DNA from: Lama glama
Taxonomy: Eukaryota
Assembly: GCA_028534125.1 (NCBI GenBank)
Contig: CM052846.1
Span: 1,116,001 to 1,180,000, forward strand
Direction of reading: 5' to 3'
Length of the DNA stretch: 64,000 bases
The notes under the pieces were generated by a model. It saw only the letters and a program-made list of their open reading frames with translations. It had not been told where the DNA came from and made no database searches. Below are positions 1 to 12,697 of this stretch, one piece after another. How positions within the stretch are numbered: position 1 is the first letter of the stretch; every line of letters begins with the position of its first letter. Position numbers and translations under genes: made by a program.

Positions 1-307
1 GTCGCGGTGGCCCAGAGGCCTGGCTGCACTGAGACCGTTTGGGAAGCGCCAGGGCGCCCGGGGAGCGGCAAAGAAGAGGCGATGCTGCGCGAGCCCAGGC
101 CCCGCAGGACGGCGCCAGGCGCTGGGCTCCAGTTAGACACGGACAGCGCGTCAGTCTGCAGCGCGCGAGGACGAGTCCGCGGCAGCCAGAGCCGCGCCCG
201 CGCGGCGTCCCCAGGCCCTGCGGCCCCGCCGGAGCTGGGGCCCGAGGCGGGCTCGGGAAGCAGTTCCCGGGACTCGCGCGTCGGGGCCGGTTACCACCCT
301 CCTGCTG

Positions 308-475
308 TAGCGGCTTCCGGACGGCCTGGTCGTAAGAATTTTTCGGGCTCTTGTAAAATTACACATTTCAGGTCCCACCCCAGACCTATCAAATCAGATT
401 TCCCAGGAGGTCCCCCTGGGGGTTATGTATTTAAGGAACAAGCAGGCAGGGTTGGTAAATGCCCACCTTTAGAGC
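308..475. mobile_element. MER5-like non-autonomous hAT-Charlie element
   Basis: cttgtaaaattacacatttcaggtcccaccccagacctatcaaatcagattt...tgtatttaaggaacaagc resembles the MER5 core. Confidence 0.55.
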
Positions 476-1422
476 AGCTGAACAATCCTGCGTGGGGGGC
501 AGCGGGGCGCGGCCCCGAGCCGCTGTCTGAGGAGGAACCCTGGCTGCGCTAAGCTCCCGGAACAGCCTCCTGCTTTTCCCGTGTTTAGTTCCCTCCACAG
601 CAGGGTCCTGCCTCGATTTCCATGCGCTGTACGAGGTAGTCAAGCAACTCTGGACCTGAGTTTCAGAGCCGAAGGCCGTCGGCTCCCCAGCTCCTCCAAG
701 CACGGCTTTGGGACAAGATCCGTAGACGTGAGCTTGGTTCCTTTGGCTCCCCGAACCCAAGACCGCACCTCGTTTTTTCTGTTCCAATTGCCCAGAATTG
801 GGGTACTCTCTGGATGTTGGCTGAGGGCTCTCATGTTGCTGCCTGTGGGCAGAATGTGCCCTCATGCTAACTGCCTGCAGTTGATACAGAAGTCGGCAGG
901 AGCTGAGCGTGTCCCGTGTGCCAGCGTAGCCTTCAGAGTGAGAACCATCTGGTCCTCAGGATAAACCGGTAGTGGAGTTACTGTTCATGTCCGGTGCTTG
1001 GGTTAAGGATCCTGATGTACAGAGAAGAAAATCCAGGGCCCTCAGTGTCTCGGGCAGTAAGTGGGGCAACAAGATCCAGACCCCACAGGTCCAGGGTTTG
1101 AGTTTTAAACCTGAAATCATCTGCCTCACCTGACCCGTCACTGTGTGGCCTGTGTGACATGCGCTGGATCCCCCTCCACAGACAACTAGTGGACTTCTGT
1201 TTTGGGGAGGGCATCATGTGGTACCAGGCTTGGCACAGTGACCATGGCATGGTACCCAGGCAGGACCCCCGGACCCCTGACAAGCCCTCCCTCTCAGCTT
1301 CCCCGAGGGAGCCAGGGTGGCCGTTTGGAGCATCGTGCCTGGTCCCGGTGACGGTGGGGTCACCATCTCAGCTGAACATTCGCTGCTTCTGCAGATCGCC
1401 GCCTGCTCTTTGCTCCTGTACC

Positions 1423-1922
1423 NNNNNNNNNNNNNNNNNNNNNNNNNNNNNNNNNNNNNNNNNNNNNNNNNNNNNNNNNNNNNNNNNNNNNNNNNNNNNN
1501 NNNNNNNNNNNNNNNNNNNNNNNNNNNNNNNNNNNNNNNNNNNNNNNNNNNNNNNNNNNNNNNNNNNNNNNNNNNNNNNNNNNNNNNNNNNNNNNNNNNN
1601 NNNNNNNNNNNNNNNNNNNNNNNNNNNNNNNNNNNNNNNNNNNNNNNNNNNNNNNNNNNNNNNNNNNNNNNNNNNNNNNNNNNNNNNNNNNNNNNNNNNN
1701 NNNNNNNNNNNNNNNNNNNNNNNNNNNNNNNNNNNNNNNNNNNNNNNNNNNNNNNNNNNNNNNNNNNNNNNNNNNNNNNNNNNNNNNNNNNNNNNNNNNN
1801 NNNNNNNNNNNNNNNNNNNNNNNNNNNNNNNNNNNNNNNNNNNNNNNNNNNNNNNNNNNNNNNNNNNNNNNNNNNNNNNNNNNNNNNNNNNNNNNNNNNN
1901 NNNNNNNNNNNNNNNNNNNNNN
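1423..1922. other. Assembly gap (500 N)
   Basis: Run of exactly 500 N. Confidence 1.
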
Positions 1923-2439
1923 CTGCATGTGGCCGGGGCCCCTCCTTCCTGCCCCGTTCCTGCTGTGTGGCCTGCGCCCCCCTCTCTCGGCTCACACCTA
2001 GGCGCCTGCCTGCACCAGCACTCAGGGAAGAGCATCTCTGTGGTTGATTGGAAGGAGGGACTTGCTTCTTTTCAGAGCCTCCCTTGTCCCAGCTCTTTGT
2101 TCCCATCCCACCAGAGGGCTGTCCCACAGAGCGGCATTTGTCATCACCCCCAGGGGTCTGCAGAAATTGTCATTCGCAGCATGGTCCAACTGCTCATCTG
2201 CCCAGTTTCATGCAGAGGCACCACGACAGACTCACAATGGCCTCAGAGAGAAAGACAGAGCTGAAAAGGTGACATTTTGTGGCATTTGTTCTCCAGTATG
2301 GTCCCAAGAATGGGACATCCAGTTCTTTCCAGACCGCCTCTAACCTGCCGGCCGTCCAGCTCATGTTTACCGAGCAGCTGGTGCTCTCACCGAGTGCCTG
2401 CTGCTGTAGGCCAGGCAGCGTGCCGCCCCTCCGGGGAGC

Positions 2440-2560
2440 ATCCTTCATCCATTCATTCAGTGGGGTTGTTGATCAACAGCTGAGTGCAGGCACTGCTCTG
2501 GGAACTGGACGCGGGTCAGCACAAAGCCCCCGCCCTCATGGTGGAGCCAAAAGACAATGC
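2440..2560 (-). mobile_element. LINE-2 3' tail (antisense), apparently continuing at ~3530-4300
   Basis: ttcatccattcattcag...tgagtgcaggcactgctctgggaactgga...gccctcatgg is the L2 antisense terminus. Confidence 0.65.
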
Positions 2561-2639
2561 ATAAGTGCAGGGTCACGGGCCGACCTCCTCCCCGAACCCT
2601 GAGTCTGGAACCCTATATTCAGTGCTTCCTTGGTGCGCC

Positions 2640-3515
2640 CACTGGGACCTCGAATTGGGCATCTCGAGCTGGACACGTTCCAGATGAAACTTGATTTCCT
2701 GGCTCCTCCTCCACTCGTTCCTCCTCAGTTCTTCTCCCTCTTCGAGAAAGGCAACTCCATCTTCCAAGCTTCCAGCCCAAAATAAACAGAAGGAGTGATC
2801 CTGGACCCCTCTTCCCCTCACACCCAACACCCAGGGCATCCACATTCCTGCTACGTCTACCTTCAAAACACAACTTGAATTTGAAAATCACTCTGTTTAC
2901 GCCAACGTCTTCAGTGCAAGCGTCTGTCATCCTCCGGGTCCTCCGCGGCAAAACAAACCTGGTCCAGTAGGGGTGTGGCCATGCCGCCCTCTGTGCAGGG
3001 CCTCAGGGACCCCCTCTCACCAGAGGAAGGCCGGGACCTCACAGGGGACACTGGGTCCCATGCGGCCCAGGTCCTGCTGCCTCTCCGACCTCACCTCCTG
3101 CCCTGTCCCCTTGCTCCTCCTCTAGACACAGGAGACCTTGAGGGTCCTGGATGCACCGGGAGCTGCCGCCTCCTCTGATGTTACCTCCCCTCCCTGGCCG
3201 TGTACCTGCCTCACTCTCTCACTTCCTTCGCCGTCTCTGCTCCAGTGTCCCCTCACCTGCTCGTCCCTGCTCGTCCCTGGACACCTAAGCAAGCCCTGAG
3301 GCCCACACCCCATGTCTCCTTTGCCCCACATCACCTCCCCTCCAGCACCTGCAGCCCCGCACATTCCGTATTTACTTGCTGGCTCAGTTACGATCGTGAG
3401 GTCCTGTGAGCAGAGCGTTGTATTGTGATGGTCAGTGTGGCCCCTAGAGCAGGGCTTCGCTGAAAGTAGGGGCACAACACATATTTACTGAATAAATGGA
3501 TGAATGAATGAACAA
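2640..3515 (+). mobile_element. LINE-2 3' region (sense)
   Basis: gggcatctcgagctggacacgttccagatgaaacttgattt...ggagtgatcctggacccctcttcccctcacaccc, with terminal atatttactgaataaatggatgaatgaatgaa. Confidence 0.7.
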
Positions 3516-3529
3516 GTTCAATATATAAT

Positions 3530-4300
3530 ATAGTTTCAAGCAGTGATCGACGCTGTAAGAGAAGAGGGAGCTGGGATCTCAGTTCAGATACCGTGGTCAG
3601 AGGATGCCCCTCCGAGGGGGCGGTTCCTCAGAGAGCTGGTGAGCCGGGCGGCGCGCCGGGTGGGGTCTGGTCCACGAGGGAAGGACGTGCAGGTCTGAGC
3701 AGCGATGGGCTGGAGGTCTGCGGACAACCCCGAGGAAAGAGACCTCGTAGGGCTCCGTGCCCTTAAGGGGTTTGGACCATGTTCTAAGTGAGCTGTGACG
3801 CTGTCGGTGGATTCTGAGCAGGAGAAGGACCGAATCTGACTTACACTTCAAAAGACTCCGTCCCAGAGCCTCCGTGCTGGACAGATGGAACCAAAGCCGA
3901 CGGGGGCACCGTGTCGCTGGGGGAGGTGGGGCTGGGGCCCCGTGGGAGGCGTGGACGCCCCGACCGAGGCTGGGCCTTCAGACCAGACAGGACGTGGGCG
4001 GACGGGGGTGTGACAGAGAGAGCGGCGTCACAGAGGGGTCAGAGATTTGACTTGACGTACCCGGTGAACGATGGTGACTTTCACTGAAACAAAGGAAAAT
4101 GCGAGAAAGGTGGTTTGTGGGACAAAAAGTAAGATCTTGGTTCATACAGGACAAACATAAAATGCCCGAAGACACTGGTAGAGTTTGTAAGTCTGCGTTT
4201 CAGAGGGAAGGTCTGGGCTGAAGACTCGAGATGGAAGTCGTTTGAGTATAAAGCGTGTCAAAGCCACGCACCTGGCACACAACCCCCGGAGGGGGCTTAG
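3530..4300 (-). mobile_element. LINE-2 fragment (antisense)
   Basis: tttggaccatgttctaagtgagctgtgacgctgtcggtggattctgagcaggagaaggaccgaatctgacttacacttcaaaagactc and gagtttgtaagtctgcgtttcagagggaaggtctgggctgaagac match the L2 antisense pattern. Confidence 0.65.
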
Positions 4301-6439
4301 AGGGGAGGGCTGAGCCCTGAGCCCGACGTCAGCGCCTGAGCCAGGACGACAGGGTCATCCAGCAGCGGAAGGTGAAGAGCCCCCGTGAGGCACAGGGAAG
4401 GCCGAGAGGGGCTTCTCCCCAGCATGTGGAAACCACGTCCTTTTAAGGACAAACGGTGTGAGAGGACACAGAACTGACTCTCCAGGTGCCCATGGGCGTG
4501 GCATAAGGGCGCAGTCCGGCAGGAGAAACCCCAGCAGGCGCGTGCGCAGAAGCACGCTGGTGACTAGTCCTGGGTCATCTGCCTGGAAGGCGGGCAGGCG
4601 TCAGAGAATGTTTTGCACACGGTGTCGTGTTTTAGCAAGACCCTCAGGAAGGATGGACGACTTCCGAGTGAAGCGGCCCTGGGCTCTCCCGGCGTGGGGA
4701 GAAGTGTGGGCAGAGGAGCGTGGCGGGGAAGGTCTGGGGGGCTGGGGCGGCAGGAGGTGAGGCTGGAGACACAGGGCTGAGCCCGCCTGTGGGACTTCTG
4801 CACAGGAGGCCGGAGGCTTCAGTTTTATCCCGGAAGCACTGAGGGGACAGCAGAGCGAAATAAAAAATCTACGTGGAGAGCCGTGCTCAAAGCGTGCAAG
4901 CAGTCTGCATGGGGAGCTAAACTAAAGGCGTGTTAGAAACAGCCACGCAGGCCCTCGCCTGTTAAGTGAGGAATCACATCACAGCCGCTCGTGGTGACGT
5001 GCCCTGGCCCACCCCTTGGTGGCTCTGAAACTGAGTGCCCTCACAGGACCTGAACTGCGAGATGGCTGAGCTCTCTCCCAACTCAGGAGCATTTCTGTGT
5101 CTCTATCTGGTGAGCTCGTGTGATCAGGGACTGTTCCCTGGAAGAAATAAACCCAACGCTGGGCACTGAGGGCAGAGGAGAGCGTGCACAAGCCAAGAGG
5201 AAAGGAAGGAGGTCCGTGGTGGGGTGACGTGAGCAGAGGGCGATGCGGTGGAGACGGGCGCCCCCTCCTTCATCACAGCTTGCAGTCTGGGGCCTGATCA
5301 ACAGTCGGTTCTGGAGAAAAGGGTGAATGAACGAAAGGAGGTCCGCTGTGGTTTGCTGGAAACTGCGGCAGACGCCGCCCCCGGGCCTGGTGGGACCCCA
5401 TGGTGGGAGACCGGGCCTGAGGGTCAAGGAGGGAACACGCCCTGGAGCTGAGAAGGGCCCCGCGGTGGGGTTTGTCCCCAGGAGCGTGATGGGCTCTCTG
5501 CGACCCGAGAAAACCTGCTTCCTTCTCCCTGTACAACTGTTTCTGCTTCATGGTGAAGCATCCCCACTGCAGACAAGAGAGCCCAGCTGTGTTTGGGTTC
5601 TACAGGCCGTCTCAAGATTTCCCTCAGATGTTTTGGTTTGTGGCAAAGTTGAAAACATAGCATCATCGTGATCATTAGCACCATTATCATTTATTCAACT
5701 CCTGCTAATAATTAATGTTTACCAAGTACCAGTCGTGCGCAGTGGGAATCAGACTTGGCCTCTGTCCCATGGGCTTGTGTAAATAAGACAAAAACAAACA
5801 AGTTGGCGCCCAGATTTTGATCTCTTTAAGACGGATCTGTTTCACGAGCTCCCGTTGGTTGACTTTGTAAAACTGACTGAAGTCAGGAAATCTGACCTCG
5901 AGCTCGCCGTCAATGTTTCACACTCACATTTCCCCAAATATGTTTTGTGGGAAGGGCACTGATAGATGATATTTAAAAAAGGACGCCCGGACAAAGCTGG
6001 AAGACAGTGGTGTGAAGAGAAGGAAACACGCTCACTGCTGACGGGTTTCACCGACACGTGAGTGCGCTAATGCGCCTTGTAAGCACCAAGGCAGGGAAGC
6101 AACACGTAGCCCCTTCCAGGCTTATGTGGGCATGGACTCATTCTCTAAGAGACTAAGCAAACGCAGTTTTTAAAATCTGTTCTAAAATTCGGAGTGATTT
6201 TTTTAGCAATGAAATAATTGTACTTACCGGGCTGCTTTGCTAGCCGCTCAAGTCACCAAAACCTTGGAGCCACACTCTTACTGTTGTGGAGGAACGACTG
6301 TAGATCAGCTGTTGGTCCCAGAGCCCTTCCCTGAACCCCCGGAATCCCGACAGCTCTGGGCCCCCCGGCGACGGTGCCATACGGGAGGGCGGTGCCTTCC
6401 TCTGCAGGATGAAGATCTGAGGCCCACGCCCGCGTGAGC

Positions 6440-7052
6440 ATTAAGGTGACTGGAACCCGTGACACTCCCTGCAGTGGCTAAAATGCGAAGACAATACGGC
6501 GCGTTGTGCGGGTGTGGAGTAACTGCGCCGTCCTGCGCTGAGGCAAGGCCGGGGGTGTAAAACGGGGCAGACGCTTCGGGAAACTGGCACCTTCCAGGAG
6601 GTTAAACGCTAAGACAGAGCAAGTCCCTCCCGAGTATCCATTCAAGGGAAGCGAGCGAAAATGCCCACAAGGAGTCTCAAACGAGAACATTGTATTGATA
6701 AAGTCCATAAATGGAGAGTGTTGTCCGTCATGAAAAGAATTAGGCTAGGGGAGATGGGAAATACGGCAGATTACATATTGTTTGGTTCCACTAATTTGCA
6801 GTTCTCAAACAGTCAAAACCAATTTACAGTGAGAGGGGCCACGTCAGCGGTTGCCCCCAGTTAAGGGGTGCGGGCAGCAAGGGGAGAGGAAACGGGCCGG
6901 GAGGGCCTCGAGGGAGGCGCCCGGGTGAAGGAAGTGCGCTGTGTCTCGATGGGAGCGGTGGTTACAGCGGTATTTACAGTTGTCAGAACTCATCAAACCC
7001 AACGCTTAAGATCAGTGCATTTGATTGTATGTAGATTAAACCTCAATGAAAA
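6440..7052 (+). mobile_element. Ancient LINE-1 3' end (L1MC/MD-like)
   Basis: gggtgtggagtaactg...gggtgtaaaacgg..., ending ggtggttacagcggtatttacagttgtcagaactcatcaaacccaacgcttaagatcagtgcatttgattgtatgtagattaaacctcaatgaaaa. Confidence 0.75.
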
Positions 7053-7924
7053 CAGGGAGACAGTACTTGGAACCACCTCTCCAGGCAGAGTGGCTCCGTT
7101 CGCTCTGCCGGCAGGTCCCAGTGCTGAGCTCCCAGGGGAGCGCAGGAAGCGCCAAGCAGCCCGTGTGTCCGTCCCAGGGACAGTGTTCGTGCTAGTCTTC
7201 GGGGGTGAGCGGTCACGCCCCAGGGGCTCCGTGCTGGGCCCGCTCGGGCGCCCCTCCTGAGAGCCGCAGGCAGAGCCCGTCCCAGTGGTGCTGCTTGCAG
7301 GTGCTCCCGCGCCCCCCTCGCGAAGCAGCACCTGTAGGACACCCGCTCCGCTGGTGAGCAGCCCTCTGCTTCCTAATTAAGGTCATCGCTTAACGTAACT
7401 CACACGTCTAGCCCCAACTGTACTTTCTTCATCTCAGCATGGCATTTTGCTCCTTCCCTGGTGGATGCCGGCCGCAGCCAGGCTCTTCGAGCATCCGCTC
7501 GGCATTACGAGCAACGCCAATTAACCTTAGAAACTGAAGACTAAACACAGGGCAAAACAGTGGCTTTCCTGGGCTCTCCCAGGTCGCTTTGATGAGAAGG
7601 ACAACAGCCATCAGTTACGAATTAACAAGTCATTAAACTGAGAAGAGAAGGGTCAGCACAACGCCGTCCACTATCAGTTTACGATTGATGAGTAATTCTA
7701 TATTTGGGTTTTTTTTTTTTAAAGATCTTAATTCCCTCAGCGTTGCTCTTAAATTCTCAACCTGGACCAACAGAATTCTTGACCTGAGTGGCTCTTTGGG
7801 GAGCAAGTGTCCAGGAAGAATTTATGGACCCGTCTTGTCCATCTCTTCACCCTGCCTCCTCCTGCCCCCGCCGTCACCGTGGTCCGCACGCACGGAGCTC
7901 TGACAGTGCGCCGGACCGTGCTCT

Positions 7925-8090
7925 GCACCCTCACTTGTATCATTCCATGCAATCATTTCTCACCTCACTGCTAGAGTGGGTATTTGTAACCCATTTCGCA
8001 GGTGGGAAGTTGAGAAGTAGAACCTCACGTAACTTACGGAGGAACACGGAGCTTAGGCTTGGAGGTGTGTTTGCTCCCAGGGCTGTGTGA
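7925..8090 (-). mobile_element. MIR SINE
   Basis: Core: gtgggtatttgtaacccatttcgcaggtgggaagttgagaagtagaa...taacttacggaggaacacggagct. Confidence 0.6.
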
Positions 8091-8689
8091 GTCCGGCCGC
8101 GTTCTCACTCACGCGTGAGCCCCTGCGTGTGCCGTGCCCTCCGTTCTGGTGCAGGCGGCGTTCCAGCGTGCCGGTTAGCATTCTCCCCACTTGCTGGGTT
8201 TCCAGCTGGCTGAACTTCTAAATATCTGCCATTATTATGGGGGGGGTGTTTACCTTAGAAGTCCTCCGTGCATTTAAAAAGGCATCAAACGAGTCAGCAA
8301 ATCATTTTATGTCACCTCAGACATAAGTGTACTTCACTTGCTACAGTATTTGCATTTTAGCAATGTTCTCAGGGAGTCCTCATTTGTAAATCAAAACTTT
8401 TCAAGTTAATTACGCTATGCATCCTAAGAAAGTTCACAATTAAAAGGGGGAAAGATAGACTCCTCTCTCCTGAAGCCAGTGATTGCCTGACTCCACCAGC
8501 CACGCCTCTTGTCCCTGTGCACGCCGCCCCCACCGCGGCCGCTGAGAGTGAAAGCAGGACCGGCACCGTGTGCGCCGTGCGCTCAGGTGGGCTCTCCTCG
8601 GGCCTGCCCCCCGCCCTGCACCTGTTGGGTGCCGTGCGCCCTGTGTGCGGTGGAGCCCTCCCGGGAGCTCAGCGTCCACGCGCGGCTTC

Positions 8690-9045
8690 CTGGGCCAGGA
8701 GGGGCGCTCGGGCCGCTGGGACCGCGCGCCCCAGGTGGGGTCCAGCCGCTGACGTCGGCTTTCTCACCACCTGGAGGCTCCGGTCCGAGGTCGGGTGCGC
8801 AGGGTGGGTTCCTCCGAGGTCTCTCGCCATCTAACTTGCTGCGTCTCCACCTGGTCTCTCCCCCTGGTGTCTCTCTGTGTGTCTTAACCGCCTCCTCTCA
8901 GGGGCCCCGTTCGGCGTGGACTAGGCCCCCCCAGAGGCCTCCTTTTAACGTATCACCTTGTTAAGGGTCCCCTCTCCAAACCCGCTCACTTCTGGGCTTC
9001 CGGGTCAGGGTTCCAACATGAGAATGGGGGTGCGCAGTGACAGGG
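8690..9045 (-). mobile_element. MaLR solo LTR (MLT1A/B/C-like)
   Basis: ttctcaccacctggaggctccggtccgaggtc...gttcctccgagg...gcctccttttaacgtatcacctt...ctctccaaacccgctcacttctg...ggtcagggttccaacatgagaatggggg. Confidence 0.7.
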
Positions 9046-11169
9046 TTCAGTGCATCTCAGGAAGTTAGTCAGTCTCTCTGATTTGCTCTTCAGAGCCACG
9101 TGCATAAGACCGATTTTAAACCCCTCCAAGGAACAAGGTAAAACTGTTTGTGTAAACTCAGTGACCCACTTACTAAAATGCAGTAGGAGAAACACTTGTC
9201 TCGCCGGCTGGGGTTTAGGGTGGGGACCTTCTGCGCCTTCGCACAGGCTCCTCCAGAACCCGCCGTGGGTTCCTACCCCGCGGGCTCGGCTGTGACTCGG
9301 GCAGGGGCCCCAGGGCAGGTGGGCAGAAGTGGGTGAGAGCTCCGGCGGGGCGGGCCGGGGCTGTGAAATGAAGCAGCCGCGTGGCAGGAGGAGCAGCCGC
9401 CCCAGCAGGCGAGGGCACAGGTGGGGGCCGGGTGGGGCGGGGCGGGGCCAGGCAGGCGGGGGCAGGGGCACAAGTCTTCACTTCTGGGCGCAGCTGGGGC
9501 TGCCGAGACCGGCCACGGGGACGCGGGGATCTGGCTGATGTCTGACCTCATGTTTCCTCTGTCCCCCTGGGTTTTTCCTCTCCTTCGTGAAGTGGTCCAC
9601 TTCCTCTTAATTTGATCTCTCCTTGACCCCATGTTTTGGAAGGCCTTCTGGTGCCTTCTCACAGCAAATTATAATAAACACGATAAAAACTGGGCCAAGG
9701 AATTCACTCTGGGGAGCAAGGCTGCACAGGCAGAAGGCGGGCTTCCTGACCCCATCGGTCTGTTTGCACCTGGAACGCGTCTGACTCTGTGACCGTGAGT
9801 CTATGACCGTGACTGGTGCGCCGGCGGGAGGCCTAGGTGGGCTGCCCCTCCCGCGAGCCCCCTCGCCGGCGGTCACCCCCTCTCCGTCCTTCCCGCTGCC
9901 CGTGCCCGGGACGAGCCCGCCACACGCACGTGTGAGGTCTTGGGTTGCAGAGAGCGTTGGTGGCGTCTCCAAACTCGGGATCTGGTGTGAAGCCCCACCT
10001 CACTCCTGCTTTTCGGGGCCCTGGCAAAGCTCTCTCTCCACGTAGTTCCAGACCAGGGACCCACCTAGTCCACCCCTGGGCGCCGCGTCCCTCTCAAAAT
10101 GCGATCTCCTTGTCATTGCTGTAGCTTTGTGCGGACACCGGAGTCCACGGTCAAGTCCGCCTTAGCAGCACGGACAGGGAGGAAAGGGGGTGGGTGGGGG
10201 CCCCCAGCGGGGTCAGCTCTGCCATCCGTGCGGGTCGGTGAGGCCGAGTGGCCCACAGAGCGGGGCCCTCCTACAGGAGGGGCTCTCAGGAGGCGGGCTC
10301 TGTGTCCGGAGCTGCCCCAAGGCTTTCCTGCCCTTCGGGGGTGGCCCCCTCTGTGTGAATTCTCACGAACGCCTGGCATTGGCTGAGGACCTGAGAATGG
10401 CTTCCCTCGTCCGCTGTGGCTTGGCGCCCCTCGCCCCTGGTGGAGCAGCTGACTGCCGTGCACGGGAGGCGTTCGTTGTCCTGATTAAACAGCTTTCCTT
10501 CTAACCAGGTGCTGAATCCGTCTGCCCCCCAGGCCCGGGGGAGAGCGGACTCTAGCTTGCCGAGGGGTACACGAAAGGATCTCCCTGGCGGTTTGGGGTG
10601 AAATCTCCTTCTTTATGTTCAGAATGTAAGAGGTATTTTTTTTAAAACTGGGCGTGGGGGCAGTTGATGGACCGAGGCCTGCTGCTTTGCTGAGGCTGAG
10701 CCCTTGAGGCAGCGCTTGGTGGTGGGGAGAGGACGCGCGGGGCGGTGCCGGTGCCGCAGCGCCCGCGCTGTGTGCTGCGGGTCCCGTGGGGAGAGGTGGT
10801 TCGGGGCGAGCCCCGCTGCAAGGCGAGGGTCCTGCTGCTCCAGCTCACCTCCACTTGCTCCGTTTATCTGACAGCCTGGCTCGGGCTGCGCGCTGCTGTG
10901 ACCCGGTTGCCATGGAGAACTGGTGTATTCTTGGCTTCCTTGCTGCTTTCACAGGCAGAATTACAGAAGAGAATGTCTTTGCTGCTAGGAAATATAAATA
11001 TTACAGAGAGATGCTCATTTTCTCCCTCTGTGATGCTTATTACCAACGATATGCAAGAAGACTTCATTACAGAGCATTGTCCTTCGCAATGAGCCCGACA
11101 AGGATGGATCAGGTGGCGGGAGTGGGTGTGTTAACCCTCGACTGTCTGCTAGATAGATAGACAGGAGCT

Positions 11170-11450
11170 GGAACTCTTTACACTTTATTATGTGTGAGGC
11201 CCTGGGGACGCAGAAAAAAATAAGATACTGCTTTGCCTTCAAAGATCTTATATTCTAGTAAAGGAAAATAGAATTGCAAACTGAAAAAAATATGTTGCAA
11301 TAGACTCGTGTACCAAATGCAAAGAGGCCAGAAAGAGGGAAGGAAAAATATAAAGGCATGTGTGTATATATATATGTATATGTTTGCTGGGGGGTTTTAT
11401 CAGGAAGACACCCTGGAAGAGGCAGCCCTCGCACTGAGTCTCAAGTGTGG
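11170..11450 (-). mobile_element. LINE-2 3' tail fragment (antisense)
   Basis: ttatgtgtgaggccctggggacgcagaaaaaaataagatactgctttgccttcaaagatcttatattctagta. Confidence 0.6.
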
Positions 11451-11732
11451 AATCTTTATTGACCAAGAAGGGGGGGAGGTATCCATCTTTAGCACATAGG
11501 TTTTGCCCTGGGTGTAGAGGCTGCTTCTCCAAACACTGTGTCCAAGTTGCAGGCAGGGAAAGGGGGGAAGATGAAGGTAAGAGGCAGGGCACGTGCCCAG
11601 GGAGCTGCTCGCAAATTCCCCTGGAATCCCCGTTCAGAGACGTGACCTCCTCAGCTGCAGGACAGCTGGTTGCTCGCTATTTCCAGTGGAGTGTGTGGAT
11701 ATTCTGAACAAAACTGGGTTTGGTTCATAAGG

Positions 11733-12171
11733 TGTGGTAATCACATGGCTACCCCACCATCTCCAACTCCCAGTATTCGTGCCCCTGTGCAGTCTTCTCC
11801 CACCTGACAACAGGACACAGAGCAGGGATGGTGTGTGCCTTTCTAGGCTGGGTCATATACGGCCTTGCCACTTCCCCCGTGGTCTCTTGCTGTGAAGACA
11901 ATTAAGTGGCCCTCTGCAGAGGCCCGCGTGCCGAGTAACCAATTTCTGGTCACGCAAGCGAGCCGCCTTGAAGTAGCTCTTCCAGCAGCAGTCAGCCCTT
12001 CGATGACTGCAGCTCCAGTTGACATTTGACTACAGGGTCAACTTCATGAACGACCTCTGAGCCAGAAACAACCAAGACACCCCCTTGACCCACAGAAACG
12101 GAGAGACAAGAGAAGGTTGTTGTCCTTTTAAGCCGCTGAGCTTGGGGTTCTGCGGCCGCAGAGAACTGAAC
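11733..12171 (+). mobile_element. MaLR solo LTR (MLT1G/H-like)
   Basis: Begins tgtggt. Contains ttctaggctgggtcat...ggccttgccacttcc, gatgactgcagctccagttgacatttgactaca and the terminal gacccacagaaac...ttttaagccgctgagcttgggg...aactgaaca. Confidence 0.75.
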
Positions 12172-12697
12172 AATGAGAACCAGAACGCCAGCCAACGACC
12201 AGGCGGCTAGAAGGATGGACCACCAGCCACACGGCCTGGACACCCGAACACCCTGCCTCCCCCATTCCCTGGGCAGAGGCTGCACCTGCTCCAGATGCCT
12301 CCTCCCTGTGGCGTGTTTCTGGACCCTCTGCCCCCATTGTCTCGAGGGCATCACCACTCTGCCAAATAACATTCACCAAGGTCCGTACTGAACGGTGTGT
12401 TAGCGAATCCATTGGTCCCTCTCCAGTTCAATATCTACGTGAAGCCGTGACCATCACCTTCTTCCTGAATCGCTCTTCCTAACATTCAGAATGTTCACAT
12501 TCTCCTGGGTCCCCTCCTAGCTTCCCGGAAGCCCTTTTCCAATTTCGTTTGAGGTTCTTTTTATTCTGTTTCGTAGCCAAGTCTTGGTGTACTGGAGATC
12601 CAGGCCCTGGGATGACGTTTCTAGCCATGTCTCTTTACAAACAATCCCAACCACTGGCTTTAACCGCCAGCAATACGATGATTCCCAGATTCACAGA

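Noticed and set aside
1-330. CpG-island promoter (also 41500-42130, 49000-50300, 62800-63070)
   Set aside because: No associated first exon or core promoter evidence, and CpG richness is region-wide, even within old repeats. Cannot be called without methylation or CAGE data.
1159-2264. Long ORFs spanning the first gap (likewise 40111-41099)
   Set aside because: Artefacts of translating N runs as X.
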